DNA of 64,000 bases from Candidatus Cloacimonadales bacterium (GTDB lineage Bacteria; Cloacimonadota; Cloacimonadia; Cloacimonadales; JAIOQZ01): contig CALODV010000013.1 of assembly GCA_942492065.1 (NCBI GenBank), positions 1,274,543 to 1,338,542 on the forward strand. Direction: 5' to 3'. The notes under the pieces were generated by a model. It had not been told where the DNA came from, ran no database searches, and was given only the letters and a program-made list of their open reading frames with translations. Position 1 is the stretch's first letter; every line of letters begins with the position of its first letter. Both the position numbers and the translations under genes were made by a program. Positions 18,632-28,363 of this stretch are shown piece by piece.

Positions 18632-19954
18632 CCTTTTTTCAACTTCTATCATTGATAGAAGAATTATACTGGGCATCCAGAACTCGATATTGGATCCAAC
18701 GTGACCACTAAGGTTTGCGTTAATGAAACCTGCTAAGAGTACTCCACAGATAACAATATAAATGTCATTCTTCAGTATTAAGTGTCTGTAGCAGAGCAAT
18801 TGCCATATCAGGTAAAATAAGTAACACAGAAATGCTAAGATACCAATTAAGCCTGTTTCACAAAGAAATTCTGAGAATATATTATGCGGATAGTGGAATC
18901 CAACCTGACTGAATGATCCAAAACCTATCCCAAATAACTTGTGACTCATGAAGAAATTCCACGCCTGATAGTGCAACATAAAACGTATTGTAATGCTTGA
19001 ACCACCTGTACCATGACTATCCAATACTCTACCTCTAACATTCTCTGGCGAAAATGTCAACATACCGAAGATAAGTACAATAATCAAAATTACACCAAAG
19101 ATGGAGGATAAATTAATTTTACTTTTTAACAAAAATATTATGGTTAATCCAGCTAATACCCCAAGGATCGGGCCTCGGGATGCTGTAAGCATAAGAAAGT
19201 AAAATGATATAAGAACATAAACTACTAGAAGCATAGTTTCTAATAATTTATGTCCTAAATTTTTTGACCATTTAATTATAAAGTATGAGCAGGATATAAT
19301 GGAATAACCCAAAGCTCTTGCTACCCATATTGGATTTATTCCTAGTATCGATAATCTGTCAATAACAACACTTGGTATAATTTTATAGTGAGTAGTCAGG
19401 TGAAAAGTGAGAATCATACTGCATAAAATCAGAATAGAACCAATGATAATAAAAGAGCTAATCAGTAGTTCTGGTTTCTTTTTCTTTAACAGTATACTTG
19501 AGACATAGAAACTAACGAGAAGTGATATGGAAGTTCCTTTAAGTTTTGAAAAGCCGTAAGCTCGTTCTTCTGAAAATAGAATAGTTGAAACAACTAATAT
19601 AAGAAAAATTACTCCCAGAAGATACTCATGTTTAGATCGCGTAAAAACTGTGTTTTCTGAGAGAGGTTTATAAAGAAATGAAATCAAATAATGTAGAAGA
19701 GGTACAGCAAGAATTAAGTATAATCCCTTGGTCCCTATCACGTAAAAAGAGTTTATGAAGGCAAGAATAACGCCTGTATTGATCATGAGAGTGATATTAA
19801 TAAGATCACTATTCTTTAAATATAATGGTATCGCTATAACAACAAATATGAATAGTAAAAAAAGCATTGCATCTTTTACGAGAAGCAAGGATATTAAAAT
19901 TGAACAAATTGATGTTAAAACGTATGGAAGAATAAGCGTATTCTTATTATTCAT
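18620..19954 (-). CDS. O-antigen ligase/polymerase (Wzy-like) family membrane protein
   Basis: About 10-12 TM segments. Motif TASRGPILGVLAGLTIIFLL is typical of the Wzy_C family. The 3' end overlaps the convergent GT gene by 12 nt. Confidence 0.75.
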   Translation of the reverse strand: MNNKNTLILPYVLTSICSILISLLLVKDAMLFLLFIFVVIAIPLYLKNSDLINITLMINTGVILAFINSFYVIGTKGLYLILAVPLLHYLISFLYKPLSENTVFTRSKHEYLLGVIFLILVVSTILFSEERAYGFSKLKGTSISLLVSFYVSSILLKKKKPELLISSFIIIGSILILCSMILTFHLTTHYKIIPSVVIDRLSILGINPIWVARALGYSIISCSYFIIKWSKNLGHKLLETMLLVVYVLISFYFLMLTASRGPILGVLAGLTIIFLLKSKINLSSIFGVILIIVLIFGMLTFSPENVRGRVLDSHGTGGSSITIRFMLHYQAWNFFMSHKLFGIGFGSFSQVGFHYPHNIFSEFLCETGLIGILAFLCYLFYLIWQLLCYRHLILKNDIYIVICGVLLAGFINANLSGHVGSNIEFWMPSIILLSMIEVEKRSIQ

Positions 19955-21129
19955 CTAGAAAATATTGTCTTAAGAAGTATCTTAATTTTGCTTATTTGAT
20001 TGTCTTTTACAAGTATATCATGTATAACAACACCTACTGAAGAAACAACAAGTGCTAGCATAAAGAATACAAAACAGATGAGAGCACGCTTGGGCTTTGC
20101 TCTTAATCCGGCAGGAACAGCACTGTCTATAATTTCGATTAATGGAGAATCATTAAGTTCGTCAATCCTCGCCTTTTCATATCTAGGATAAATAAACTCA
20201 TATACTTCTTTCTGAAGCAAGAGATTCATTTCCAGTTTAGCAGCTTTCACTTTGAGCTCTGAAACGCTGTCAATTGGTGTGACATATTTAGTATAAGCTT
20301 CAGTTTCAACCTTCTTGATTCTTTCGTTAAGAATTTTAAGCTCATTTTCAAGTTTTGTGATACGGAAATTGTCTTTCTTTATGTATAACAATGCATTCTG
20401 CAATTCAATTTCTTTAGTCATCTTTTCACTTATAAGTTGAGCATAAAGCTGTATTACCATTTCTGACTGCTGAGACAAGGAAACAATATTCTCTTTTTGA
20501 TTGAATTGATGTGTAAGAGTAGCCAAAGAATCAATAAGAGCATCTAACTCTTCAATTCTCTCTTCAAGAAATATCCTGTTTCTTTTGGACTTAGTAAGCT
20601 TCTCAGTGTTCAGATATTTCTCAAGTCTGGAAAACAAATCATTGGCTATTGCTGGAGCCAGAAACTGGTCTTTATGAAGTACTGATAATTTATGTACTCC
20701 AGTTTCCTCATCTGTTGCAAAACCCAATAGTTCTTCCCTTACTGCACGTAAGGTTTTTTCTTTTACTACAAGAGAATCCGGATCTTCGATTTCGAAATAC
20801 TCTGTGAGACTATATTCTTTTATAAAGTCTTCCAGAAAGGTTCTACTGTACAAAATTGTCTTAATTAAGTGTGTCTTTCCCTGATTCGCATCTCCCAAAA
20901 GGCTGCTGGTGTCTATCCCCATAATATTGTCTGGGAGACTTTGCATATTCATGCTTGAAGAAGATTCTGTAAATGTTACTGATGATTTCCAGTATTCAGG
21001 CGTTAACAAACTATATACAACTGCAAAAACAGATGCAATAAATGTTACAATGATTACAAACTTTTTATGTTTAGCAATTACTATAAGAATATCCAGAAGA
21101 TTTGTTTCTTTATTTACGTTGGATTCCAT
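19951..21129 (-). CDS. wzz: Polysaccharide chain-length determinant (Wzz family)
   Basis: N-terminal TM after LLDILIVIAKHKKFVIIVTFIASVFAVVYSLLTPEYW. Long coiled-coil periplasmic region. C-terminal TM. Confidence 0.75.
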   Translation of the reverse strand: MESNVNKETNLLDILIVIAKHKKFVIIVTFIASVFAVVYSLLTPEYWKSSVTFTESSSSMNMQSLPDNIMGIDTSSLLGDANQGKTHLIKTILYSRTFLEDFIKEYSLTEYFEIEDPDSLVVKEKTLRAVREELLGFATDEETGVHKLSVLHKDQFLAPAIANDLFSRLEKYLNTEKLTKSKRNRIFLEERIEELDALIDSLATLTHQFNQKENIVSLSQQSEMVIQLYAQLISEKMTKEIELQNALLYIKKDNFRITKLENELKILNERIKKVETEAYTKYVTPIDSVSELKVKAAKLEMNLLLQKEVYEFIYPRYEKARIDELNDSPLIEIIDSAVPAGLRAKPKRALICFVFFMLALVVSSVGVVIHDILVKDNQISKIKILLKTIFSR

Positions 21130-21235
21130 TTATCCTCTCATAATTATTTTTTCAACAATTTATCAGCTAAATTTAGAGTCAAGAATTTTTATAGTGATCA
21201 TGAGTACTACACATTTTATCAATTAATATCTATGT

Positions 21236-22690
21236 CTATTTCCTGACCTTGTTAATTAGTTTTTTCATTTCTACTACATCTCTTTTTGAAATGAATTTAA
21301 GCTTAAAAAGTAACAAGGAGTATATCATCAAAAGGAAAATATTCAAAAATAGCCGTATAACAAGTCCTTTAGTGTATATATATGAAATTGAACAGAGTAT
21401 TATAGATGATAAAATCAATGAGAGTATTTTCCATATTTGGTATGGTATGTTATAAAGTCGTTGAGAACTGATATATGTTATCAGGAATAGTACAAATTGA
21501 GAGAATAATGTTGCTATTGCAGCCCCATTATTACCCCAGAAGGGGATTAGAAGATAGTTTAGTCCAATATTAATTAATGAACTCACGACTATTGCTGTAG
21601 CGCTGATAACAGGCTTTTTGACGATCTGAATTCCTGTGGTACTTATTTTTGTCATAAAGTCAAAAACAATTGCCAGGAACAGAAAGGGTAAAACACTATA
21701 AGCTGAATTGTAATCAGGATTTCTAGAAAGTACTAAAACGATTTCCCTTCCAAACAGAGCCAGAGAAAAAGTAATTGAAAGCACAAACATTGTACCATAG
21801 GTAAATAACTTTGAGTAAAAAGCCTTGTTATTATCATCGTTCATCATTTTCATTATCATAGGATTAATTCCTAGCCAGATAGTCATTACAACAAGAGTTT
21901 TTAACGATTCACTTATCTTAGATCCGAAAGTATATACCCCAACATTATCCAGTTTTCCAAGATGTTTCAGCACAAATCTGTCTGCTGTAGTAAGTATCTG
22001 CAATGATATAGTTGAAAAAACAGAAGGCAGCCTGAACTTGATCATATCATATAATTCATGGAATTCTAAGCGAAACTCAATATGATTAAGAAGTACTTTG
22101 AACATGATAAAGAAGAAAATAACAGCTGAAATTATCTGTGCATTATATATTCCATTCAATCCTTGTTGACTATATACGACAAAGTAAATTGTTAGAATAA
22201 ATTGACTGAAGAATTTAACCGTGTTAGCAATTGTGTATTGTCTTGGCTTTTCTAAGATTCTAAGTAACATTAGAGGAAGTCGACTAACTATGGCAAATCC
22301 AATAATGATTAGTAGTTTCCTTATTAGGAGTGTATACTCCAGAGATCCAAAATATTTCATCGAAAAATATGAAGCTGTATTCCAAAAAGCAAAAACAGTA
22401 GCCAATCCACAAAGTAGAAGGAATACAAAGCATGTGAATACAAGAGACTTCTGTTTATCTTTAAACTTGTCGTCCCAGTACCACCGTAATAATGCATATT
22501 CAATACCAACACCTAATATTGAAGCGCTGATATGAAGAACACTCTCGAATAGTCCAAGCACACCAAAATCAGCCAACGGAATGTGCTTGGTGTACAGAAT
22601 AATAAGGACAAATCCCATTGCTTTTGCTATCACATTTCCCAGCCCATATACTAAAGAGCTTTTTGCTAAAGATTTGAATTGCTGTCTCAT
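21236..22690 (-). CDS. wzx: Oligosaccharide flippase (Wzx, MOP superfamily)
   Basis: 484 aa polytopic membrane protein. N-terminus KSSLVYGLGNVIAKAMGFVLIILYTKHI is typical of polysaccharide biosynthesis flippases. Confidence 0.75.
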   Translation of the reverse strand: MRQQFKSLAKSSLVYGLGNVIAKAMGFVLIILYTKHIPLADFGVLGLFESVLHISASILGVGIEYALLRWYWDDKFKDKQKSLVFTCFVFLLLCGLATVFAFWNTASYFSMKYFGSLEYTLLIRKLLIIIGFAIVSRLPLMLLRILEKPRQYTIANTVKFFSQFILTIYFVVYSQQGLNGIYNAQIISAVIFFFIMFKVLLNHIEFRLEFHELYDMIKFRLPSVFSTISLQILTTADRFVLKHLGKLDNVGVYTFGSKISESLKTLVVMTIWLGINPMIMKMMNDDNNKAFYSKLFTYGTMFVLSITFSLALFGREIVLVLSRNPDYNSAYSVLPFLFLAIVFDFMTKISTTGIQIVKKPVISATAIVVSSLINIGLNYLLIPFWGNNGAAIATLFSQFVLFLITYISSQRLYNIPYQIWKILSLILSSIILCSISYIYTKGLVIRLFLNIFLLMIYSLLLFKLKFISKRDVVEMKKLINKVRK

Positions 22691-22698
22691 ATTTCGTA

Positions 22699-24132
22699 CT
22701 AAAAAGTATTAGCTCCCAGTTTTTCATAAAGGAGATACATAACCCTTTTAAAGCATCTTGTATCCTCATACTTAGCATAATCTGCAGTATAGTGCTGCCC
22801 TTGATTGCTCCAGATTGTATTGAAATAATCTTCAATCTCTTCAAATACTTCCTGCTCTCTTTTACCTTTCACAACAAGATTGGTTTCAAGGTTGTAATCA
22901 CCAATATTCCTTTTAGTGTAATTGGCAGATCCTGCTATTGTAGCAGCATTACCCTGGCTGTCATAGCAGTACAGAATCTTAGTATGAAATTGCTCTCCGT
23001 GAGTATCATACCACTTTATTTCTATTTTCTCATCTGACATTATTTTTAGTTCATTTGCTACCTGTCGGTTGGGAACTCCTGATTTCTGTCTTCCAAATGC
23101 ATCTTTACTGGGATCAAGTATCATCCTGATTTTCACTCCACGCTCGGAAGCCTTCAATATTTCTTTTATAACTTTTCTGTCAGATATGTAAAACATTGCT
23201 ATACTAAGATTATCATCTTTTTTTAATGCTTTTATAGTTCTCAGAATAGCGTTACGTATTTCTTTTTCAGTGACAAGATTAACCTTATAATCGTCTTCCT
23301 CAGAGTTGTTTACAAAATACTTATCAGGAACATTCTGTAAATTACCCTTAGAGAATTCTGCAACTGTTTGTTCACTATTGTAAATTGACTCCCAGATTCC
23401 TCCCCGAACTTCAAGAGCAATGTTTGAATGTGCTGAACTGCCATCATGAGGATTAGCTGAAGTGATAATTGAAGTCATTTCTCCAAAGTTATCGGCAATA
23501 AATACCTTTCTGTGGTTTGCCTTGAAATTCAAGAGATTGAAGTAGGTTCTGAACGTTACTTTGGGTTCTTTAGTGGAAAAAGGATGAGGTAGAAATCCTG
23601 AATTCTTTTTATTACCGAACCATTGGATAAATGCTCGCCAGATCGGTGAGTAAAGATAATTACTGTCCCGCAGTTTCGTAAGATCAGTTATTATCAGATT
23701 GATTCCTGCCTTTTCCAGACTGTCTCCAAGATGAAAAGTGCCACCTTGATAAGCGCAATTAATGGGATCTGTCAGAACGTCAATTTTGATCCCGGGAATC
23801 TGTTTCTTCTTGTTTACCAGTTTTCGGGTCAGTTCTGCTGAAATATTTCTGTAGGCAGACTCTTCTCCTCCGAGATAGTCATTATAAAGGAACATATCCA
23901 GAAGTATGTATTCCTGTGCCTGATCAATTCTTACCAGTAATGTATCAAATATCTCCTGCTCAGAAATCTTTTTGTCATCTTTTTTGTATGTAAGATCATA
24001 CATGAACTCAATATCATCTTCGTCGGCACTATATGTTTTACTGATTACACTGGTTCCTTCAGGCATTTTCTGCATAAATGTACAGCCTGATAGCAATATG
24101 AATAACAATATGCTGATAAATGTATTCTTCAT
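22699..24132 (-). CDS. Phospholipase D-family (two HKD motifs) lipoprotein
   Basis: Lipobox LLSGC. HKD motif 1: HRKVFIADN...SANPHDGS. HKD motif 2: FHTKILYCYD...AGSANYTKRN. Confidence 0.85.
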   Translation of the reverse strand: MKNTFISILLFILLSGCTFMQKMPEGTSVISKTYSADEDDIEFMYDLTYKKDDKKISEQEIFDTLLVRIDQAQEYILLDMFLYNDYLGGEESAYRNISAELTRKLVNKKKQIPGIKIDVLTDPINCAYQGGTFHLGDSLEKAGINLIITDLTKLRDSNYLYSPIWRAFIQWFGNKKNSGFLPHPFSTKEPKVTFRTYFNLLNFKANHRKVFIADNFGEMTSIITSANPHDGSSAHSNIALEVRGGIWESIYNSEQTVAEFSKGNLQNVPDKYFVNNSEEDDYKVNLVTEKEIRNAILRTIKALKKDDNLSIAMFYISDRKVIKEILKASERGVKIRMILDPSKDAFGRQKSGVPNRQVANELKIMSDEKIEIKWYDTHGEQFHTKILYCYDSQGNAATIAGSANYTKRNIGDYNLETNLVVKGKREQEVFEEIEDYFNTIWSNQGQHYTADYAKYEDTRCFKRVMYLLYEKLGANTF

Positions 24133-24140
24133 ATTAGTCC

Positions 24141-24482
24141 TTATTTAGATACTATTTCAGTCTTAATAGAGTTTTCATCGAAGCCCAATACAAATTTTTG
24201 ACCATTTCTGACTACAGGGGTTTTCAACAATAATGGGTCTTCAAGAAGCTCTTGCTCAATATTATGAACGATATACTTTAGATTTCGTTTCTCATATTGT
24301 TTACCTTCTTCATCAATAAGGTTTTTGAGCCCCAATACTGAGGCTGCTTTTCTTAGTTCACCCTTGCTCATACCTTTGACTGCCAGATCGATAAACTGAA
24401 AGTTAATTCTTCTCTCTTTCATATATCGTATAACCTTAGCTGTTTCCTTGCATTTTTTAGTTCCAAAAATTTGAATACTCAT
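24141..24482 (-). CDS. ArsC/Spx/YffB-family thioredoxin-fold protein
   Basis: MSIQIFGTKKCKETAKVIRYMKERRINFQFIDL... Start moved to ATG 24482 because the longer track ORF would run through a terminator hairpin. Confidence 0.7.
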   Translation of the reverse strand: MSIQIFGTKKCKETAKVIRYMKERRINFQFIDLAVKGMSKGELRKAASVLGLKNLIDEEGKQYEKRNLKYIVHNIEQELLEDPLLLKTPVVRNGQKFVLGFDENSIKTEIVSK

Positions 24483-24549
24483 TTTATCTCCATTCCTAAA
24501 AATGTGATAAGGTAAAAAATGTGCAACAATTAAATGAGAGAATATTGCC

Positions 24550-24580
24550 AAAATAAAAAACACCTGCCTTGCAGCAGGTG
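24550..24580 (-). terminator. Rho-independent terminator of the substrate-binding protein gene
   Basis: Minus-strand hairpin CACCTGC-TGCAAG-GCAGGTG followed by TTTTTTATTTT. Confidence 0.75.
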
Positions 24581-24635
24581 GTATAAGTTTGGAGAAATTT
24601 ATAACTTCTGAAAAGAACTCAACATATAATATAAT

Positions 24636-25379
24636 CTATTTTAAGTGTTTAGCGAAATATTCTTTTGAGATTTTTTCAATATCAATCTTTTTTAATCCCT
24701 GATTGAGAACGTCACGCATTTTCTTACCTTCGTCCGTTTTCTTGAAACATACGTAAAATCTTTTCAACTCAAGCATTTTTTTATTGAATTGAAGTTCGGC
24801 TTTTTTAGATTTAAGCTGCTCATCTTGATTAACAAGATAAGTCATCACATTCTCATCAATCACAGCTATTGGTATTCTTTTGTTCAGGACTTTTCTTATA
24901 TTAGTTAGATCATCATTTGCCGCATCGGCTTTAATCTCATTTTTGGCAACCATTTCATCAAAAGATTTTTCATTCACATAACCGCTGACAGTTCCTATTC
25001 GATATTGCTTCAAATCCTGAATACTGTTCCACTGAACCGGACTGTCAGCCCTTTCTATAAATCCCAGCTTACCCGAACCAATTGGATCCGAGAAGTAAAA
25101 GTCATTTTCAAGTTCTTGAGAGTAATATTCAGGATAGTAACCATAGTAATCAGGATTGGTTTTAGCGAAGTGAACCGCTCTGTTCCATGGGAAGAAATCT
25201 GCTTCTAAATTATATCCCATTTGTTCAAAAGCTTTTTTCACAATCAAAGTTGTTAGTCCCTGCTCACTCATAGCGTCGCTTGTATAAGGCGGCCATTCAA
25301 GAGTAGTTAGTTTCAAGTTGTCTTGAGCAAACATAGTGAATGTTATAAGAAGAATAATTGCTAACCATAAAGCTTTCAT
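24636..25379 (-). CDS. Periplasmic solute-binding protein (family 3, amino-acid type fold)
   Basis: Signal peptide. WPPYTS... and general PBPb-like layout. RBS AAGGAG. Confidence 0.65.
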   Translation of the reverse strand: MKALWLAIILLITFTMFAQDNLKLTTLEWPPYTSDAMSEQGLTTLIVKKAFEQMGYNLEADFFPWNRAVHFAKTNPDYYGYYPEYYSQELENDFYFSDPIGSGKLGFIERADSPVQWNSIQDLKQYRIGTVSGYVNEKSFDEMVAKNEIKADAANDDLTNIRKVLNKRIPIAVIDENVMTYLVNQDEQLKSKKAELQFNKKMLELKRFYVCFKKTDEGKKMRDVLNQGLKKIDIEKISKEYFAKHLK

Positions 25380-25565
25380 AAAGAACTCCTTAGTTTATTT
25401 TAAGATTCCTGCATTATCTAAAAACTCAGATTCCATGCTGGAAACTGATGAGTCCAGACTCCTCTTGAGAGTCATTCAACACTTACTATATAACCTTAAT
25501 GCAAATTGTTTAAAGTAATATAGAAGATAATTTATTGCTAAATAGTTAAAAGCAAAATTGATTTT

Positions 25566-26387
25566 TTATCTGAGGATTATTACTTTGCCAACTCTAACTT
25601 CTGATTCTGTCTGAAGCCTGCAAAGATACACTCCTGAAGCATTTTTTTCAGGATACCATGAGATTAAGTTAGAGCCTTTCATGTATAGTTTTTGACTAAG
25701 TGATTTAACTCTTTGCCCCTTTATGTTATAAATGTCAATCTTTGTAATAGAGCTTTCCGGAATCGAAAAATATATATTAACAGAACCGTCTGACTGTAAA
25801 CCTGTTGTAGCTAACTGAATACTGTTCTCGGGATTTTCAGTGTTATCATTGTTTGATGAAGGTTGAGTGATAATTTCAAGTGTATGAGTCCAGCTATGTC
25901 CATCACCTGATACAAACCAATTGTAGTTGTTGATTGTTTCAGATCCGTACCATGGATCCATTGCATGAAGCAAGTCATTATTGTAGCCCTTTCCGACTAT
26001 AAAATGTCCTCCACCTGAATTCCAGCCCCATCTGATAACAAAAGGTCTTCCGGAATCTATTGAAGTATTTACTTCAGAATAGTTGAGGCTGCGCTCATAT
26101 GCTTGTGACTGCAGCTGACCAAAATGAAAAAGAATATAATCTATTCCGTTCCTTGTAGGATTTGTTGTTTGTCCATACAACCAGTTCCAGTTGTTTTCAC
26201 CATCAGTACCGTATGCAGCAATTTGAGTCTGAGTTAAGGAGATACCATAGTAATCCAGAATAGCCTGAGAACATCCTGCCCAGCACCACTGATCCTGCTC
26301 CTGATGAACATTCTGAATATTCAGTACTTTAGCTGAGACTGAGACTGCAAGCATAGATAAGCAAAGAAGAATTAATACTGTTTTCAT
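25566..26387 (-). CDS. Secreted papain-like (C39-like) cysteine peptidase with T9SS C-terminal sorting domain
   Basis: Signal peptide. Catalytic-Cys context QEQDQWCWAGCSQAILDYYG. His context GGGHFIVGKGYN. C-terminus IYNIKGQRVKSL...GVYLCRLQT...KVIILR. Confidence 0.7.
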   Translation of the reverse strand: MKTVLILLCLSMLAVSVSAKVLNIQNVHQEQDQWCWAGCSQAILDYYGISLTQTQIAAYGTDGENNWNWLYGQTTNPTRNGIDYILFHFGQLQSQAYERSLNYSEVNTSIDSGRPFVIRWGWNSGGGHFIVGKGYNNDLLHAMDPWYGSETINNYNWFVSGDGHSWTHTLEIITQPSSNNDNTENPENSIQLATTGLQSDGSVNIYFSIPESSITKIDIYNIKGQRVKSLSQKLYMKGSNLISWYPEKNASGVYLCRLQTESEVRVGKVIILR

Positions 26388-26388
26388 T

Positions 26389-27015
26389 TTACATCTCCTG
26401 TTTTCCCATAGTCGAATCTGAGTGCACTTTTTTCAACCCCAAAACTGTTTTTTTTATACTTTGAACTACGAAATCATTATTCATTTCTGCAATACTTTTG
26501 GAGTTCATAATAGTAATATCTTCTTCTGAAGAAACCGGATGCATGTATATTGTACCATTTCTGCGACACTGATAAAATCTGGTATTCTGCAATTCTCTAC
26601 CTGTTTTCTCAAAATATCTGAACAGTGAAACAGCAAGAGGACGGTAGCCTATGCTCACAGCCTTAAATTCATCGTTGATTTTATCCACGAGTAGAAAACA
26701 GCATATTTGTTCCTGTGATATTATTGGTACATACCAAAGGTCTGTTTTGTCTGAAAGAGATTCTATAGTACAGATTTCGGTTAATTCATTAATTTTCTCA
26801 GGATTGAGAATTGCAATCTGAAATGGTTCTCCAGGAACAGTATTATTAATCTGACTTTCTGATTGAAATCCGAATCTTTGCATATTGCTTGATTGGATTG
26901 CTTCCAGATACTTCAGGATATCTCGATTTGCAGCCTTAAGGACTCTGTTACACTCACTGCACCAAATAAAAGAACAACAGATTAAAATGAGTATTACCAG
27001 TAAAAAGCATTTCAT
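26389..27015 (-). CDS. Hypothetical exported protein, translationally coupled to the downstream peptidase
   Basis: RBS GGGGAGGA. Signal peptide MKCFLLVILILICCSFIWC. Its stop lies 1 nt before the peptidase ATG. Confidence 0.6.
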   Translation of the reverse strand: MKCFLLVILILICCSFIWCSECNRVLKAANRDILKYLEAIQSSNMQRFGFQSESQINNTVPGEPFQIAILNPEKINELTEICTIESLSDKTDLWYVPIISQEQICCFLLVDKINDEFKAVSIGYRPLAVSLFRYFEKTGRELQNTRFYQCRRNGTIYMHPVSSEEDITIMNSKSIAEMNNDFVVQSIKKTVLGLKKVHSDSTMGKQEM

Positions 27016-27190
27016 GTTTCCTCCCCAGTTTTATAAATAATGATTGAATTTATAGTATACATGTAATCCTAATAAAATTCAAATTAACTGAAAAATTCTG
27101 TAAAGCTATTTATTATTTTGAAACCAGCGAAAACTATGTTATCTTATATTAAAGCAATGATTTTAAATAATATAGAATAAGAGCTGGTGT

Positions 27191-28363
27191 ATGGAAAACA
27201 AGATTAAACAGTTGAGTAACCTTAGAAAATTCATTATGCCTGAAGTAGTTTTCGGACATGGGTCAAGGTTTTTAGCAGGAAAATTCTGTTCAAACTTCGA
27301 TGTTAATAAAGTTCTTATCGTAACAGATATGGGACTTATTGATCAATATTGGTTCAAAGAAATTTGCAGAAGTATTGAACAAGCAGGTATAGAATACAGT
27401 ATATTCTCGGATGTATTACCTAATCCCAGGGATTTTCAGGTAATGAATGGCGTTGATGTATACCAGAAAAATGGTTGTGAAGCAATTGTGGCTGTCGGGG
27501 GTGGGAGTCCAATGGACTGTGCTAAAGGAATTGGGATAGTTGCCATGAATCAGGGACACATACTGGACTATGAAGGTGTTAATAGAATAAAAAAACCTTT
27601 ACCTCCTATGATTTTTATTCCCACTACTGCAGGAACTTCATCAGATGTGTCTCAATTTACAATAGTTAACGACACAACCAGAAAAGTAAAGATTGCAATT
27701 ATCAGCAAAATAATAATTCCGGACGTAGCACTGATTGACTCAGAAACAACTTTAACAAAGGATGATTTTCTTACAGCCTGTACAGGTATGGACGCTCTTG
27801 TTCACGCAATGGAGGCGTATGTTTCAATTGCCAATTCAAAGCTAACTGATGTACATGCCCTGGAGGCTATTAGATATATTTTCAGATACCTTCCTGATTT
27901 AATTAAATCCCCGGGAGACATTGAGGTTCGAGAAAAGATTATGTATGCCAGCATGGAAGCAGGGTTTGCTTTCTCAAATGCTATTCTGGGGGCTGTTCAT
28001 GCTATGGCTCACAGTTTGGGAGGGTTACTTGATTTGCCTCATGGATTGTGCAATTCGCTCTTACTTGAACATGTTATTGGTGCTAATTATGTATCAGTAC
28101 CTGAACGATACAAGAACATCGCATCTAACCTGGGTATTGATTGTTCAGGTAAAGACAATCAATATCCTAAACAAAAACTTATAGAGAAGGCTGTAGACTT
28201 GAGGATTTCTGTTGGTATAGATACAAGTCTCTCTAAGGTAGGAGTAAAGCCGGAGAAAATACCAAGACTCTCTGAATTTGCTCATAAGGATGCATGTCTG
28301 TTAACGAATCCAAGAAAGTTAAATGTTGAAGAAATAGGAGAGCTTTATGAGCGTGCACTCTGA
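27191..28363 (+). CDS. Iron-containing (group III) alcohol dehydrogenase
   Basis: GGGSPMDCAKGI, the metal-binding His cluster region (HAMAHSLGG), and a typical length of 390 aa. Confidence 0.88.
   Translation: MENKIKQLSNLRKFIMPEVVFGHGSRFLAGKFCSNFDVNKVLIVTDMGLIDQYWFKEICRSIEQAGIEYSIFSDVLPNPRDFQVMNGVDVYQKNGCEAIVAVGGGSPMDCAKGIGIVAMNQGHILDYEGVNRIKKPLPPMIFIPTTAGTSSDVSQFTIVNDTTRKVKIAIISKIIIPDVALIDSETTLTKDDFLTACTGMDALVHAMEAYVSIANSKLTDVHALEAIRYIFRYLPDLIKSPGDIEVREKIMYASMEAGFAFSNAILGAVHAMAHSLGGLLDLPHGLCNSLLLEHVIGANYVSVPERYKNIASNLGIDCSGKDNQYPKQKLIEKAVDLRISVGIDTSLSKVGVKPEKIPRLSEFAHKDACLLTNPRKLNVEEIGELYERAL

Noticed and set aside
24483-24563. An N-terminal extension of the ArsC/Spx-like ORF.
   Set aside because: The extension would read through the hairpin and T-run terminator of the upstream gene (24550-24580). 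The family N-terminus starts at MSIQIFG.
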